In this document: in pieces, positions 12,101 through 21,138 of the stretch
Layout: each line of letters opens with the position of its first letter
How positions within the stretch are numbered: position 1 is the first letter of the stretch
DNA from: Hyalangium minutum
Lineage (GTDB): Bacteria; Myxococcota; Myxococcia; Myxococcales; Myxococcaceae
Assembly (NCBI RefSeq): GCF_000737315.1
Contig: NZ_JMCB01000006.1
Location: 20,001-268,000 of the forward strand
Length of the DNA stretch: 248,000 nucleotides
Direction of reading: 5' to 3'
Translations under genes and position numbers: made by a program
Notes under the pieces: model-generated
What the model was told of the DNA's origin: nothing
The model's input: the letters and a program-made list of their open reading frames with translations, nothing else
Database searches by the model: none

Positions 12101-12570
12101 CCCGACTGCCGCTCCGTGGCGGCGCGCTGCCGCATCGCCTTGGCCAGCTCGGGCGTCCGCTTCGCCAGCCGCTCCTGCAAGGCCGCGGGCGAGAGCTTCA
12201 GGCTCCGCGCGCGCGCCACCTCCTCGCGAATCTCCGCATCCGGAGTGGCCTGCTTGATGCGCCGGGCCTGCTCCTGTGCCAGGAGCTTACTGGCCTTCTG
12301 CTCGTCCGCACGCGTGAGGCGCTCCAGCTCCGCCAGCGCCTCTTTCCGGCGTCGCGCGGTCTCCTCACCCCGCTTCGTGTCATATGCCGCTGGATCCGAG
12401 ACCTGGAGCGGATCGATGCCCAGGTTCTTCGCGGCCTGCGCGAGCCGCAGGCCGTAGGCGCGCTCGGCGGCCTGCGCACGCTGCAGCTCCCCCATGCAGA
12501 GGAACTGCAGCGTGACCAGGGTCAGCAGGGAGGACGTGGTCTGGAACCACACCTTCTTCGTCTGAAACAT
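6148..12570 (-). CDS. Transglutaminase-like domain plus RHS/YD-repeat polymorphic toxin
   Basis: GNDFDQASLLIALLR transglutaminase-like core, many YD repeats, RHS core FGYTGREHD..NPTAYVDPSG, about 170 aa C-terminal extension. Confidence 0.9.
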   Translation of the reverse strand: MFQTKKVWFQTTSSLLTLVTLQFLCMGELQRAQAAERAYGLRLAQAAKNLGIDPLQVSDPAAYDTKRGEETARRRKEALAELERLTRADEQKASKLLAQEQARRIKQATPDAEIREEVARARSLKLSPAALQERLAKRTPELAKAMRQRAATERQSGSRGSMLDLGRLKPLKPNPPAPRRKGTLGQRTPELDSFYASLEGESVSVELADGSSVALETALAGVPRAPVRLASVMTDLGLLMPLLGVLPEPAPEDLAETPETLRSPELKLLAQSLGNQPLALYNHVHTKVKTELYYGSKKGAAATLAEGAGNDFDQASLLIALLREAGVPARYEYTTVRLSAAQAQALTGAVDARTAAFVLSSSGIPAALTEDGKGVLTERAYVRAYVAYSDYRGTGRGGENLWVRLDPGLKRVQHSQGVDLRGLVSFDFNAYLGALTSDTPREIFERQLLDAAKLRNLCNTLDDALAKATVQEDLFRLLPAEHPAELVSEPLHFARPPQSFRHTVELSLGGEKATFELAELQGPRVALRYPGATPTDEAAIQTAGGITGVRPYAVRVAPSLRVNGQEAKRFSAVMPGVEQELTVKVTIPGDAPAVVKHSLIAGGVYAFMASAGATPVSQIQALRQQAQGLTGDERAEFEAHLALALYSHHKGADAARLFGLQRHRVLQDVIEGTAGKELKVQQVNGTPLSLAPGKYVLDVARDSVTPMPMDADFRYQAGLMRLAGHHGSALEHKVWEEVMSTVSVSAVRIIQASASQGVPVFRITPQDSSGRALLQGFSDLTMSRVDQALAAGWRITIPQHPTNYQQYINQEGYILENPVTGEGAYLIGELLNGGSNSGPGGSSGSSEGPACGCDEAVVNSTVNMATGNLREQWTDLTLPAVGLPITWRRTYASRGNGMTELGYGWMHSYGMYLRLELNGSLTYITEDWREVRFQKSGSTFTAPPGWYLTLTVLSDGYRLRTKEGLVYEFNSSRRLRSISEPGGSRVDILYANGLPSEVRDSDNEVALSFGYTDGKLTKVTDRANRTVRYAYEGDDLVGAVDVLNNMETYAYDDAHNLVRRTDKRGKVWVTLYDALDRWVGSINPLGHKASAFYDTVNRRAVYVDRLGNEWQREHNAAGNPVVLVDPLGNRTERQWDTAHNLTQEKDARSLVTERIYDTRGNMTEQRDPDGRVTKYTYDTAFNQVLTVEATGRPKVTNTYDTAGRLKTRTDGLGVASYGYDARGRLETFTKPGPAVTRMTYGSKGLPLTMTDPQQVTTTLTFNSAGYITETKDSDNKKHTFEVDAAGQVTAMVDALNARFESTYDAEGHRLTTKNPLLAVTTYTYDAVGRVTSVEDALNGVSRTEYDANGRVVALVDARNARTVMRYDAAGRHVETVLANGASTVLGYCAELTTQPCVQVDATGGLYRRDFDRMGRVLSEVDSLKRESRYEYDTAGRIKASSELGQAPTTYAYGSHGLLERVTKGDQSITYGYDGRGNRTSVTAGSQRTQYQYDLANRLQWEKNPLNVVTSYEYDGVGNRTAKVDGNSRRTTYAYDGNRRLKSVTFEDGSTYQYDYDEAGRRTLEKNGTHARTLEYDALGRVKEVIDASLGRTLRYTYDANGNRTSVTSAGLEHHYSYDALNLLRQAVDSAGQRTVISYDDLGRRTRITRSNGIATTYSYDAASQLLGIVHAKEGAVVAGSSYTYDAGGNRLSKTLADGTRESYIYDASDRLTGVDYGTQRSVRYTLDLLGNRTALREVTGGTNRQVNSAFNAFNQLERSFEGGVATEYGYDNNGNLLSETKAGQLVKQYGWDLDNRLRQVTLASGELHTFEYDATGLRTKQTTPAGSTQYLLDGATVLQEFSSTSPTPTSYLTHPQTTDEILSFQQAGSTYSPLTDALGSVVAIADQTGAVVRTNSYDAYGARTTSGSGPMLAFGYTGREHDSTGLNYHRDRYMDPKLGRWIQPDRLGMVDGANIYQYVRGNPTAYVDPSGKFGLLVGLAIVIIIIVAAFIFAGTVGRRMGENEDFNNLKRLRAVDIDVETCRTEIPSSDPNGMLDPDRLAALTAAAERAEIYVVDFGQSRESSAKHYIGRARGREILLSADLFRGSNTNNRKVAFIAEIQHVAGLYDEEAAQEELEQLLSIMELELPEGWRHGSDLSGG

Positions 12571-12585
12571 GAGGGCTGTGTCTTT

Positions 12586-15500
12586 CTACGGGCAGGAGAG
12601 CGGAGCCGGGACCGTCTGCGGCCCCGGCGAGAGCACGAGGGTTTGCGAGTTCGTGAGCGTGACCTGGCGGCCCACCACGGCGCCTCGCAAGCTCGTGTTG
12701 TTGCCGAGGATCACGTGGGTCAGCGGCGCGTAGATCTGCATCGCCGCTGTCGACTGGTTGAGCACGGAGACCGCCTGCCCCGTCGAGGCACTGCTCACGA
12801 GGAGGAGCGAGGCCCCTGTACCGGGTGCCGCCCCCAGCGTGGACTGATTCGAGACCGACACGGAGCCGGAGACGAAGAGCTCGACGCTGCCTCCCGAGGC
12901 AACCTTTAGGGTGGCCCCCCCTGTCAGCACCAGGTGATCCAGCAGGAAGCGGCCCGACGGCAAGGTGAGGGTCTCCTGATCGATCTCGAGTCCTCCTCCC
13001 ACGAGGAAGGGCGAGATGTCCGGATCCGCCTGGAGCAGTGCGTTGTCGTTCTGCTGCCCCACCTTCTGGAACCAGCGCGTCAGATCGTAGCCGCAGCTGC
13101 ACGGGGTGGGCGGCGAGGACACCGTCTCATCCCCGCCAGTGGCCTGCGCACCCGTGCCAAGCACGAGCTGCCCGCCGTGGTAGATCCGCCCGCCCACGCT
13201 CGCCAGGCCCCCCAGCTGGGTGAGAGTGCCAGAGACAACGTCACCGCTGACGGAGCTGCTGTCGCCCATCAGCACGGATCCATGGCTCGCCACCGAGGCA
13301 GGACCGCTCAACCCCACCACCTGCGCGCTGTCCTGAATCGACAGGCTGTCGAGCGCGCAGGCCGCGAAGAGGAACCGCGGACGCGCCTGCAACACCGTGA
13401 AGTGCACCGTCACCGACGACAGGTTGCCGGCCATGTCCCAGGCCTTGACGCGCAGGGTGTGGGCACCGAGCGCGGTCACCGGGGTGCCGCTGTCGACGAG
13501 GACATTGTCCAGCACGCCCTCCAGCGGCTGGAGCGGCGAGGCATCGGTGGCCGTGAATACCGGAGTGAAGGAGGTCCCCAGCGCGCCCTCGGACACTCCC
13601 GTGACAGAGAGGACCGGCGGCGTGAAGTCCAAGGTGAACGAGACGGTGCGCACCGTCTGATTGCCCGCGAGGTCCACGGCTGTCACCACCAAGACATGCG
13701 TCCCCTCGGCCGTGACGAAGGTGCCAGACGTGAACGTCGCTCCATCCAGCGTTGCCGAGACCGAAGCGAGGTTCGTGTCGACGACGTCGAACGCGGGCGC
13801 GACCTCGTGGTTGATGTATTGGCCGTCCTTGACCCAGTAGACCCAGACTTCAGGCGGGGTGAAGTCCAGCGTGAACTCGATGACACGCTCGGCCACATTG
13901 CCGGCCCCATCCACCGCGCGGAGCGCCAGCAAGTGCGTCCCCTCCGTGCTCACCGCGGTCCCCAGCGTGAACGGCACCCCATCCAGGGTAGCGACCAGCG
14001 TTCCAGGGTGAAGCTCCTGCACCGTGACCCCCGGGGTGAGCGGAACGGAGCTGTACTGGCCATTCACGACTCCCGTCACCCCCAGCACGGGCGGTGTGAA
14101 GTCCAGGCTGAAGGACCGCGTCTCGCTGACAGCATTGCCCACCGCGTCGGACGCCTGGACTACCCACAGGTGATCGCCCTCCGCGTTGACCTCCGTCCCG
14201 GACGCGAGCGGCGAGCCGTCGAGCAGGGACGTCACCGTGCCCGGATGCGGCTCCGACACCGAGTAGGACAGGGTGACCGGCGTGTTGAGCAGCGCCCCAT
14301 GGCTGGGGCCATCCAGGCTCAACACCGGTGCCGTCTGGTCGATGCTGAAGTGGATGTCCACCGAATGGCTGTTCCCGGCACCGTCCACCGCCGTCACCGC
14401 CAGCAGGTGGGCGCCCTCCGCGGAGATGGCGGTTCCCAGGGAGAAGGGCACACCATCGAGCGTCGCCACGACGCTGCCCGGGTGCGCATCCTCCACCGTC
14501 ACACTCGGAGTGAGCGGCACCGCGCTGACCTGACCCTCGGCGACTCCGGTGATTTCCACCTGAGGAGCCGTGAAGTCCAGGCTGAAGGCGCGCGTCTCCG
14601 TGGTGCTGTTGCCCGCCAGATCTACCGCCGTCACCGTCCAGAGATGATCCCCCTCCCCATCCACGAACACTCCGCTTTCCACGGGCGCGCCGTCCACTGT
14701 GGCCACGAGCGTTCCCGGGTGCTGCTCCTGCGCCTGGAAGGACAAGGTCACGGGCGTGTTGAGCAGCGCCCCGTGAGCCACGCCCGCCAACTGCAGCACC
14801 GGCGGCGTCAGGTCGATGGTGAACGACACCGACCGCTGACGCTGGTTGCCAAAGGCGTCCGCCGCGCTCACCTCCAGCAGGTAGCTCCCCTCCGCCGTCA
14901 CGGCCGTGCCGCTGGTGAAGGCATTGCCATTGAGCGTGATGGTGGTACTCGACAGGTACGGATCCGTGACTGTGATTTCCGGAATGACCTGCGTGGGTGA
15001 GAACTGTCCGTCCGTCACTCCCGAGATGGTGATGACCGGCGGCTCCTGATCGGTGGGCATCTCCGCCGTCACGACGAGCCGATCCAACGTCTGGCCGTCG
15101 AGCTGGGCGACCAGCACCTTCTGCCGCGCGTCCAGCTGCGAGGTGGGCAGGGACAGCACGATGTCCTGCGAGCTGCCAGGCGCCAGGCTCACCTGGGTCG
15201 AGGCCGTGGCCTCCTGGCCCAGCAAGGGCGTGTCCAGCAGCAACACGCGCAGCAGCCCCTCCACCGTCTCTCCGCTCGTGTTCGTGAGGAGGACGTGGGT
15301 TTGCAGCGGCGGGCCGATGGGGAAGGGGCTCGCGGCGGAGAGCTGCGCGGTGACGACCCGCGCCGGAACAATGACGACCTTCCAGAGCACCTGGTTGCTC
15401 GCGATGACGGTCCCCTGCGCGTCCCGCAGTTCGGCCCGGACGCGGTAACTGCCCGCCTGCGCCGTGGGCGAGACGGAGAAGCGCTCGGCGATGTCATGGA

Positions 15501-18500
15501 AGGCTCCGGGCGCGAGCTCCGAGATGGCCCACTGCCCCGACGCGAGCAGGGTCCCCGTCACATCCTCGAACACCACCTGGAGCGTCCCTGCGGGCAGCAC
15601 GGCATTGCGCCCCGTGTTGCTCACGCGCATCTGCGCGAGGACCGTCTCCTCTGGGCCATAGCTCTCGCGATCGGTCACCAGCCCCAGGCTGGCCACGGCC
15701 TCCGCGGTGAGCGTGAACGGCACCGTGCCGACTGCCACCGGCCGCCCCCCCTCAGTCACCTGGATCCGCAGCGAGTACAGCCCAGGCCCGAAGGCCCCCG
15801 TGTTCCAGCTCAGGGAGGTCTGGTACTCGGCTCCTCCTCCCACCACCAGCCGGGGGCTCGTTGCCAGCGTCGCCACGAGCGCGCCGGCCGGACCCTGGAT
15901 GGCCGCATCCCATGCGAGCGTTCTCCCGCGCGGGCTCTGGTTGGCCAGAAGCACCGTGAACGAGACCGGCGCCGCAGGCCCCACCACGCCAGGGCTGGCC
16001 GTCCCCGACACCACGAGCAACGGATCCTCCACGGGGAGGTTCACCTCCCGCACGTTGTTCAGCTCGCTGAACTCCGTGACGATGCCCTGCGGATCCACCT
16101 CGGCATGGATGAGGGTGCTCGCCTGCGGAGCGGTGATGCGCGCGGTCAGGACCGTGCTCTCCGCCGTCAGCAGCGGCGGCACCTCTAGCAAGAGCTCCGG
16201 CTGCCCGGGGACCTCGATGCTCAACAGCGTCCCGGGAGAGGGACTGCCGCGGTTCAGAACCGTCACGCTCACGGTGACTGCTTCCCCCGCGTAGGCCGGC
16301 GAGGGTGAGGCGCTCACCGCCTGCACCGTGAAGTCCGGCATCGCCGCGGGCATCGACTCCACGGTGAACACCGCCTCGTTGTTGAGGCGCTCCTGGTCCA
16401 GCGTCACCACCTGAGGATCCGCGATGACCCGGTACCCATGGCTGCCTGTCAGCGCGATCCCCGTCACCAGCACATGCGCCTCGGCGCCCGGCTGCAGCGC
16501 GGGGAGCGCCGCCGCGCCAAAGAGGGGACTGTTGGCGCCTCGTGGCCCGTCCCAGGCCTCGACCGTGCTGGCTCCACAGGCCTGCGCACCCTGGTTCCGT
16601 ACTGTGACATCCAGCGTGAGCGCCTCTCCCGTCTGTGGCAAAGGAGGCTGGCTGGAGAACTGCGCTGTATCCACGGCCAGATCACACCCCTGCGTTCCTG
16701 GGAGGACGTAGACACGAGCCGAACCGATGTTGTTCTCCCGCCCAGACTCCTCGATGGCGCCATCCGCGTTGGCGACCACATAGAGGACGTGCTCCCCTTC
16801 CGGATACGCCACCCAAGGCAGGGAGAGGGTCGCCACGCCCGTACGTGGGGCCAGGGGCCCCGCCGCGACAACGTCCGCCAGGTGCCGCCCACCCGCCGTG
16901 GGGTCTCCATCGTAGAGGGCCACATGGACACCGCTCGCGGCCACACCTCCCACGTTGCGCAGAGTGACGGTGACCGTCTGGATCCCTCCCACCGTGGGCG
17001 ATTGCGGCGACACCGTGATGTCCGCGTTGCGGACGGAGAGATCCGCCATCAGCGTGGCCGGCTCCACGTCGAACTGCTGGTTCCATGTGTTGTGGGTCGT
17101 CCACCAGCGGTAGTCGCTCCCCAACCGGAGGTCCGCCCCAACCTGCCCCTTGCGAATGGAGCGCGTCGGCCACAGTGCCGGCTGCTTCTTCCAGTGCACG
17201 CTGGAGAAGATGAGCACCTCGCCTCGGCCATACTGCGGGTGGTCCCGAAGCTGGGTCGGTGGCGCGGTGCCCTCTATGAACGGCATCGCGATGTCCGCGT
17301 GGCCATCCGCGTCGATATCGACGACCACGGGCGTGTGCTCCGGGAAAGAGTAGTTGGCGCCGGTCTCGGGCTGCATCTGAGCCGGGAAGGTCTCCAGCAG
17401 CTCACCCGTACGGCCGTCCTGGATGACGGGGGGCGTCAGTAGCCCGGCGAAGATGGCCTGGGGCCGGCCCTGGCCCAGCACGTCCGCCAACACTCCGTTG
17501 AACGCATCCACACCGGACCTGCCTCCTCCCGTAGCGCACACCGTGCAGAACAGCTCCTGCGACCACAGGGGCAGCAGGTCGGGAGTGAACGCCCCCGTGA
17601 TGCTGGTGCCGCCATTGTTGGCCAGCGTCACATAGGCGAGACCATCCTGCCGCAGCGCTCCCGCGCTCAGGAAGTACTCCCGCGCCTCGAAGGGAGTTCC
17701 TGTCTGGACCTGCTGGCCGGTGATGAGATCTCTCGCCACGAGATTGTTGCGGAACCTCGGGATGATCACCTCCGCTTTTCCATCCAGGTTGAGGTCCACG
17801 ACCCCGGCCCCGATCGTCCCCGTCGGCTGCGACACCTGCCAGCGGACAGTCCCTTGCGCGCTCACGAGCGCATAGAGGCCGATCTTGGACGCCAGCACCT
17901 CGTTCTGGCCATCTCCGTCCGCATCCAGGACGGTGGCCGTGTACCCGAGCTGGCAGGTGGCCGAGCCGACAGTGGCCGTCCAGAGGTCCGTGCCATCCAC
18001 GCCCGAGAACGCTCGGAGATCCTGGGTCCAGGCCACGATGTCCCCCACCCCATCTCCATTCAGATCTCCCAGGCCCAGCGCGTAGCTGGACACGGTGGAG
18101 GCAGAGCAGCCGGAGGTACCCGCGAGGACTCGCTTCCACTTGAGCGTCCCATCGGGCCGCAGCGCGACGAGCTCATAGTTGTTCGAGGTATCCTTCGAGT
18201 AGGCCACGATCTCCCCCGTTCCATCGCCGTCGAGGTCGGCCGTGGCGACGTCGAGTGTCGTGGTCATGGGCGTATAGGACCAGAGCTTGCTCCAGGAGCC
18301 GTCCGTCCCCTGCTGGAGCAGCGAGACGAACTCCTTGGAGACCGTCCCCGTTACGGTCCTGTGGACGAGCACCATGTCGGGCTTCGTGCCGCCGAGGAGC
18401 GGGGCGATGCGGATCTCGCTCCCCTGCACGTAGGTGCCCGCGACGCCCGTGTCCACGATGGCCTTGAGGAACAGATGCCGCCCGGCCACGTTGTTCACGG

Positions 18501-20979
18501 GCGCGCTGTCGCGGGGATAGGTCCCCGCCACCCGCGCGTAGAGCTCCACGGGCCCCTCGGTTCGCACCCAGTCGAAGGCCGCCGTCACCTCTCCTTGCGC
18601 AGGCACCTGGATGGGGGCCTCGCCCAGGAGGCGGCCGAGATGGGAGAGCGGAGACCCCTGCCACCACTGCAAGACAGCCCGCCCCTCGGTGGTGGAGACA
18701 TTCCGCACACGCGCGGTGACCACCACCTTCTCTCCTATCTGGGCTCCCAGTGGGGTGAAGTGCATCTCCTTGGCGGCCACCACGAGGTCCGTCGTCGCGC
18801 TGCCCGGTGTGAGCTCCGCGCAGTTGTCGTTCTCGTTCACCTCGGGCACCTGGTTCTGCGGATCCACGCAGGCCCGCAGGGCCACGGGCGTTCCCGCGGG
18901 GGGAACCTGAAAGCTCCCCAGCAGGACGGCGGTGGCGCTGCCATGCCGGGCGACCGCATCCCTCTCGGCCCAGACCGTCCCGTCCGCGACGTTCATCAGC
19001 CGCACCGAGGTGGCCACATCCTGCGCTCCGTCGTTGATGACGGACAGCGAGTACTCCACATAGCGCCCGGGAAGCGCCGAGCTGTTGGAGCTGGAGAGGC
19101 TGCCCGCGACGAGCTCGCTGGCGGCGCTGTCCGACATGACGGTCATGGCCAGCGTCCGCTGGTTGTTCGTCCGATCCGGATCCGACAGCCTTCCATCCGG
19201 GTCCACCGCGAGCGTGTAGGAGGCCGGAACCAGGGAGGACAACGTGAACGACACCGGCACGGTGGTCTGGCCTGGAACGAGCGGGAGTAGCTGCTCGGCG
19301 ATCCGCTCGCCCGAGCGGAAGACCACGACCGGGACCTGGCTGGCCGCCGTGGTGTACGCATTGCGGATGTTCCCCTGGAGGACAAAAGGCTGGCCCGGGA
19401 CGATCTGCCCAGGCGAGGGCACGAAGGACATGGGGGTCGTCACCTGCAGATCCACCGCCGCGCCCGTGCCTCCGTAGTAGAAACGGAAGGCTTGGTTGTT
19501 CTGCTCGTCTGCCTCCGGCAGCGCGCCCGCCGGATCCACCCGTGCATAGAACGCCACGGGCCCCGTGGCCGTGGGCAGGGGTACATCGAAGGTCAACGAC
19601 CCGAGCGCATTGGGCTGGAGCCCCGCCGAGAGCACCTCGCTGCCCAGCAGGGTTCCACCGTTCCCTGGAGCGCCCCGGAAAAGTTCCACCGTTACCGCCT
19701 GGGGCAGCGGAGAGCCCAGGTTGAGCACCACCACCTTCACCAGGAGCCGGCCCGGCGCCCCCGGGTAGAACTGCAGACTTCCTCCCGAGATGGCCAGATC
19801 GTTCTCCACCCGGACCCGCAGCGGAGCCGAGGCCGTGTTGTTGCCCTCGTCGATCTCCAGCACCTGCCCCTCTGGATCCACCTGCGCGATGACCTCGTAG
19901 CTGCCCGCGAGCTGAAGCGTGGGCAGTGTGGCGACGATCGTCGCCTGCGCTCCCGGGGCCAGCGCTGACAACGACACCTGAGCCAAGGTGACCGCGGCAC
20001 CGCCCGCCAAGGGCCGGGCGACGAAGCGCACGGGGATGGCCAGGGCCGGGACACCCGACCGGTTGCGGATGCTCAGGGTTGCCTGGAGGCTCGCGCCCTG
20101 AAGCGGCGTGGGATCCGCCAGCACGAGCTGAGGCCGCCCGCGATCGTCCGTCATCACGTGCCAGTCCGGCGCCGCCTCGCGAAGAACCGACAGGGCACGG
20201 GCCGTGAGACGCGTGCTCCCCTCCCAGCTCCCATCCGCCTGCTGGGCGGCCAGGAGGTAGACCCGTCCCTCCTCCCGCGCCTGCGAGTGCTCGAAGGGAG
20301 CCCCCACCAATCCCTGGAGCGCGGCCACGGTGTCCTCGACTGTGCCGAAGGAGCCGTCAGGCCGCTGCATCGTCATGAGGCACGCGGTGGCCCGGCTCAG
20401 CGCGAGGTTCGCGTCTGGGATCCAGGGGTGGAGGCGCAGCGCGGAGATGGCAGAGGCCGTCAGCGCCGCGGACGCGGCGTTGTCGGCAAAGGCAAAGCAA
20501 CCATCGGGGCGGGCCTTTGCCAGCAATTGCGCCAGCGCGCCTTCAGGCCTCCCGAAGGGGTTGGTGCTCAACTGGGGCGAGAGGATGAGGCTCAGCGCCA
20601 GGTGGAGGGCATCCGGTGCCTCGAACCCCGGCCCCTGGGTCGTGAGCGTTTGTGTGCCCCGGAAGAATGGGGACTGCCGAAGCGCCAGCGCGGTGCGGAT
20701 TTCCAGCTCGGAGTCGAGCAGGAGCGGCTGGAAGGCCAGGTAAATCTCCGCACTCCGGGCTGCATCACTGGCCCCCAGGCCGTGCGCGCGAAGCGCCTCG
20801 AGCGCCTCCGCTGTCACGAGCGTGGGTTCTTCGCTCCTCAGCTCACCGAACGCCCCCGTCGGCCCCTGCATGCTCTGCAGGAACTGCAATCCCTGCGCGA
20901 CAGGTTCCGCGCTCGCAATCCCTGGCATCCACACCAGGGAAAGTCCACCCATCAGAGCCCACACCCATGACAGCCGCAC
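12586..20979 (-). CDS. Giant secreted CARDB/FG-GAP/Ig-repeat protein (2797 aa)
   Basis: Signal peptide, prenyltransferase-like helical N-domain (QxxDGSF/W), repeated DPxxxxxExxExNN CARDB motifs, DLDGDG FG-GAP repeats, seven DxTPP Ig-like repeats. Confidence 0.85.
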   Translation of the reverse strand: MRLSWVWALMGGLSLVWMPGIASAEPVAQGLQFLQSMQGPTGAFGELRSEEPTLVTAEALEALRAHGLGASDAARSAEIYLAFQPLLLDSELEIRTALALRQSPFFRGTQTLTTQGPGFEAPDALHLALSLILSPQLSTNPFGRPEGALAQLLAKARPDGCFAFADNAASAALTASAISALRLHPWIPDANLALSRATACLMTMQRPDGSFGTVEDTVAALQGLVGAPFEHSQAREEGRVYLLAAQQADGSWEGSTRLTARALSVLREAAPDWHVMTDDRGRPQLVLADPTPLQGASLQATLSIRNRSGVPALAIPVRFVARPLAGGAAVTLAQVSLSALAPGAQATIVATLPTLQLAGSYEVIAQVDPEGQVLEIDEGNNTASAPLRVRVENDLAISGGSLQFYPGAPGRLLVKVVVLNLGSPLPQAVTVELFRGAPGNGGTLLGSEVLSAGLQPNALGSLTFDVPLPTATGPVAFYARVDPAGALPEADEQNNQAFRFYYGGTGAAVDLQVTTPMSFVPSPGQIVPGQPFVLQGNIRNAYTTAASQVPVVVFRSGERIAEQLLPLVPGQTTVPVSFTLSSLVPASYTLAVDPDGRLSDPDRTNNQRTLAMTVMSDSAASELVAGSLSSSNSSALPGRYVEYSLSVINDGAQDVATSVRLMNVADGTVWAERDAVARHGSATAVLLGSFQVPPAGTPVALRACVDPQNQVPEVNENDNCAELTPGSATTDLVVAAKEMHFTPLGAQIGEKVVVTARVRNVSTTEGRAVLQWWQGSPLSHLGRLLGEAPIQVPAQGEVTAAFDWVRTEGPVELYARVAGTYPRDSAPVNNVAGRHLFLKAIVDTGVAGTYVQGSEIRIAPLLGGTKPDMVLVHRTVTGTVSKEFVSLLQQGTDGSWSKLWSYTPMTTTLDVATADLDGDGTGEIVAYSKDTSNNYELVALRPDGTLKWKRVLAGTSGCSASTVSSYALGLGDLNGDGVGDIVAWTQDLRAFSGVDGTDLWTATVGSATCQLGYTATVLDADGDGQNEVLASKIGLYALVSAQGTVRWQVSQPTGTIGAGVVDLNLDGKAEVIIPRFRNNLVARDLITGQQVQTGTPFEAREYFLSAGALRQDGLAYVTLANNGGTSITGAFTPDLLPLWSQELFCTVCATGGGRSGVDAFNGVLADVLGQGRPQAIFAGLLTPPVIQDGRTGELLETFPAQMQPETGANYSFPEHTPVVVDIDADGHADIAMPFIEGTAPPTQLRDHPQYGRGEVLIFSSVHWKKQPALWPTRSIRKGQVGADLRLGSDYRWWTTHNTWNQQFDVEPATLMADLSVRNADITVSPQSPTVGGIQTVTVTLRNVGGVAASGVHVALYDGDPTAGGRHLADVVAAGPLAPRTGVATLSLPWVAYPEGEHVLYVVANADGAIEESGRENNIGSARVYVLPGTQGCDLAVDTAQFSSQPPLPQTGEALTLDVTVRNQGAQACGASTVEAWDGPRGANSPLFGAAALPALQPGAEAHVLVTGIALTGSHGYRVIADPQVVTLDQERLNNEAVFTVESMPAAMPDFTVQAVSASPSPAYAGEAVTVSVTVLNRGSPSPGTLLSIEVPGQPELLLEVPPLLTAESTVLTARITAPQASTLIHAEVDPQGIVTEFSELNNVREVNLPVEDPLLVVSGTASPGVVGPAAPVSFTVLLANQSPRGRTLAWDAAIQGPAGALVATLATSPRLVVGGGAEYQTSLSWNTGAFGPGLYSLRIQVTEGGRPVAVGTVPFTLTAEAVASLGLVTDRESYGPEETVLAQMRVSNTGRNAVLPAGTLQVVFEDVTGTLLASGQWAISELAPGAFHDIAERFSVSPTAQAGSYRVRAELRDAQGTVIASNQVLWKVVIVPARVVTAQLSAASPFPIGPPLQTHVLLTNTSGETVEGLLRVLLLDTPLLGQEATASTQVSLAPGSSQDIVLSLPTSQLDARQKVLVAQLDGQTLDRLVVTAEMPTDQEPPVITISGVTDGQFSPTQVIPEITVTDPYLSSTTITLNGNAFTSGTAVTAEGSYLLEVSAADAFGNQRQRSVSFTIDLTPPVLQLAGVAHGALLNTPVTLSFQAQEQHPGTLVATVDGAPVESGVFVDGEGDHLWTVTAVDLAGNSTTETRAFSLDFTAPQVEITGVAEGQVSAVPLTPSVTVEDAHPGSVVATLDGVPFSLGTAISAEGAHLLAVTAVDGAGNSHSVDIHFSIDQTAPVLSLDGPSHGALLNTPVTLSYSVSEPHPGTVTSLLDGSPLASGTEVNAEGDHLWVVQASDAVGNAVSETRSFSLDFTPPVLGVTGVVNGQYSSVPLTPGVTVQELHPGTLVATLDGVPFTLGTAVSTEGTHLLALRAVDGAGNVAERVIEFTLDFTPPEVWVYWVKDGQYINHEVAPAFDVVDTNLASVSATLDGATFTSGTFVTAEGTHVLVVTAVDLAGNQTVRTVSFTLDFTPPVLSVTGVSEGALGTSFTPVFTATDASPLQPLEGVLDNVLVDSGTPVTALGAHTLRVKAWDMAGNLSSVTVHFTVLQARPRFLFAACALDSLSIQDSAQVVGLSGPASVASHGSVLMGDSSSVSGDVVSGTLTQLGGLASVGGRIYHGGQLVLGTGAQATGGDETVSSPPTPCSCGYDLTRWFQKVGQQNDNALLQADPDISPFLVGGGLEIDQETLTLPSGRFLLDHLVLTGGATLKVASGGSVELFVSGSVSVSNQSTLGAAPGTGASLLLVSSASTGQAVSVLNQSTAAMQIYAPLTHVILGNNTSLRGAVVGRQVTLTNSQTLVLSPGPQTVPAPLSCP
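13380..15060 (-). repeat. Seven tandem ~79-aa Ig-like repeats within the giant CARDB protein
   Basis: Repeating D(F/Q/L)T(P/A)P..GV..G.....LDG..F.SGT....EG.H.L.V.A.D.AGN units; boundaries approximate. Confidence 0.8.
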
Positions 20980-21138
20980 AGAGATCCCTCGGCATTCCTT
21001 GCCACCCCCCGCGGGAATCCGCGCGGCAGCGCCGACTGTGCAATGTCATACATTTCCTTCTATGAACATGACCTGCCACATCCCGTTTACCGGACTCACA
21101 CTCGCAGCAAGGAACGATTGTCCCTCTGGGCGACCCGC

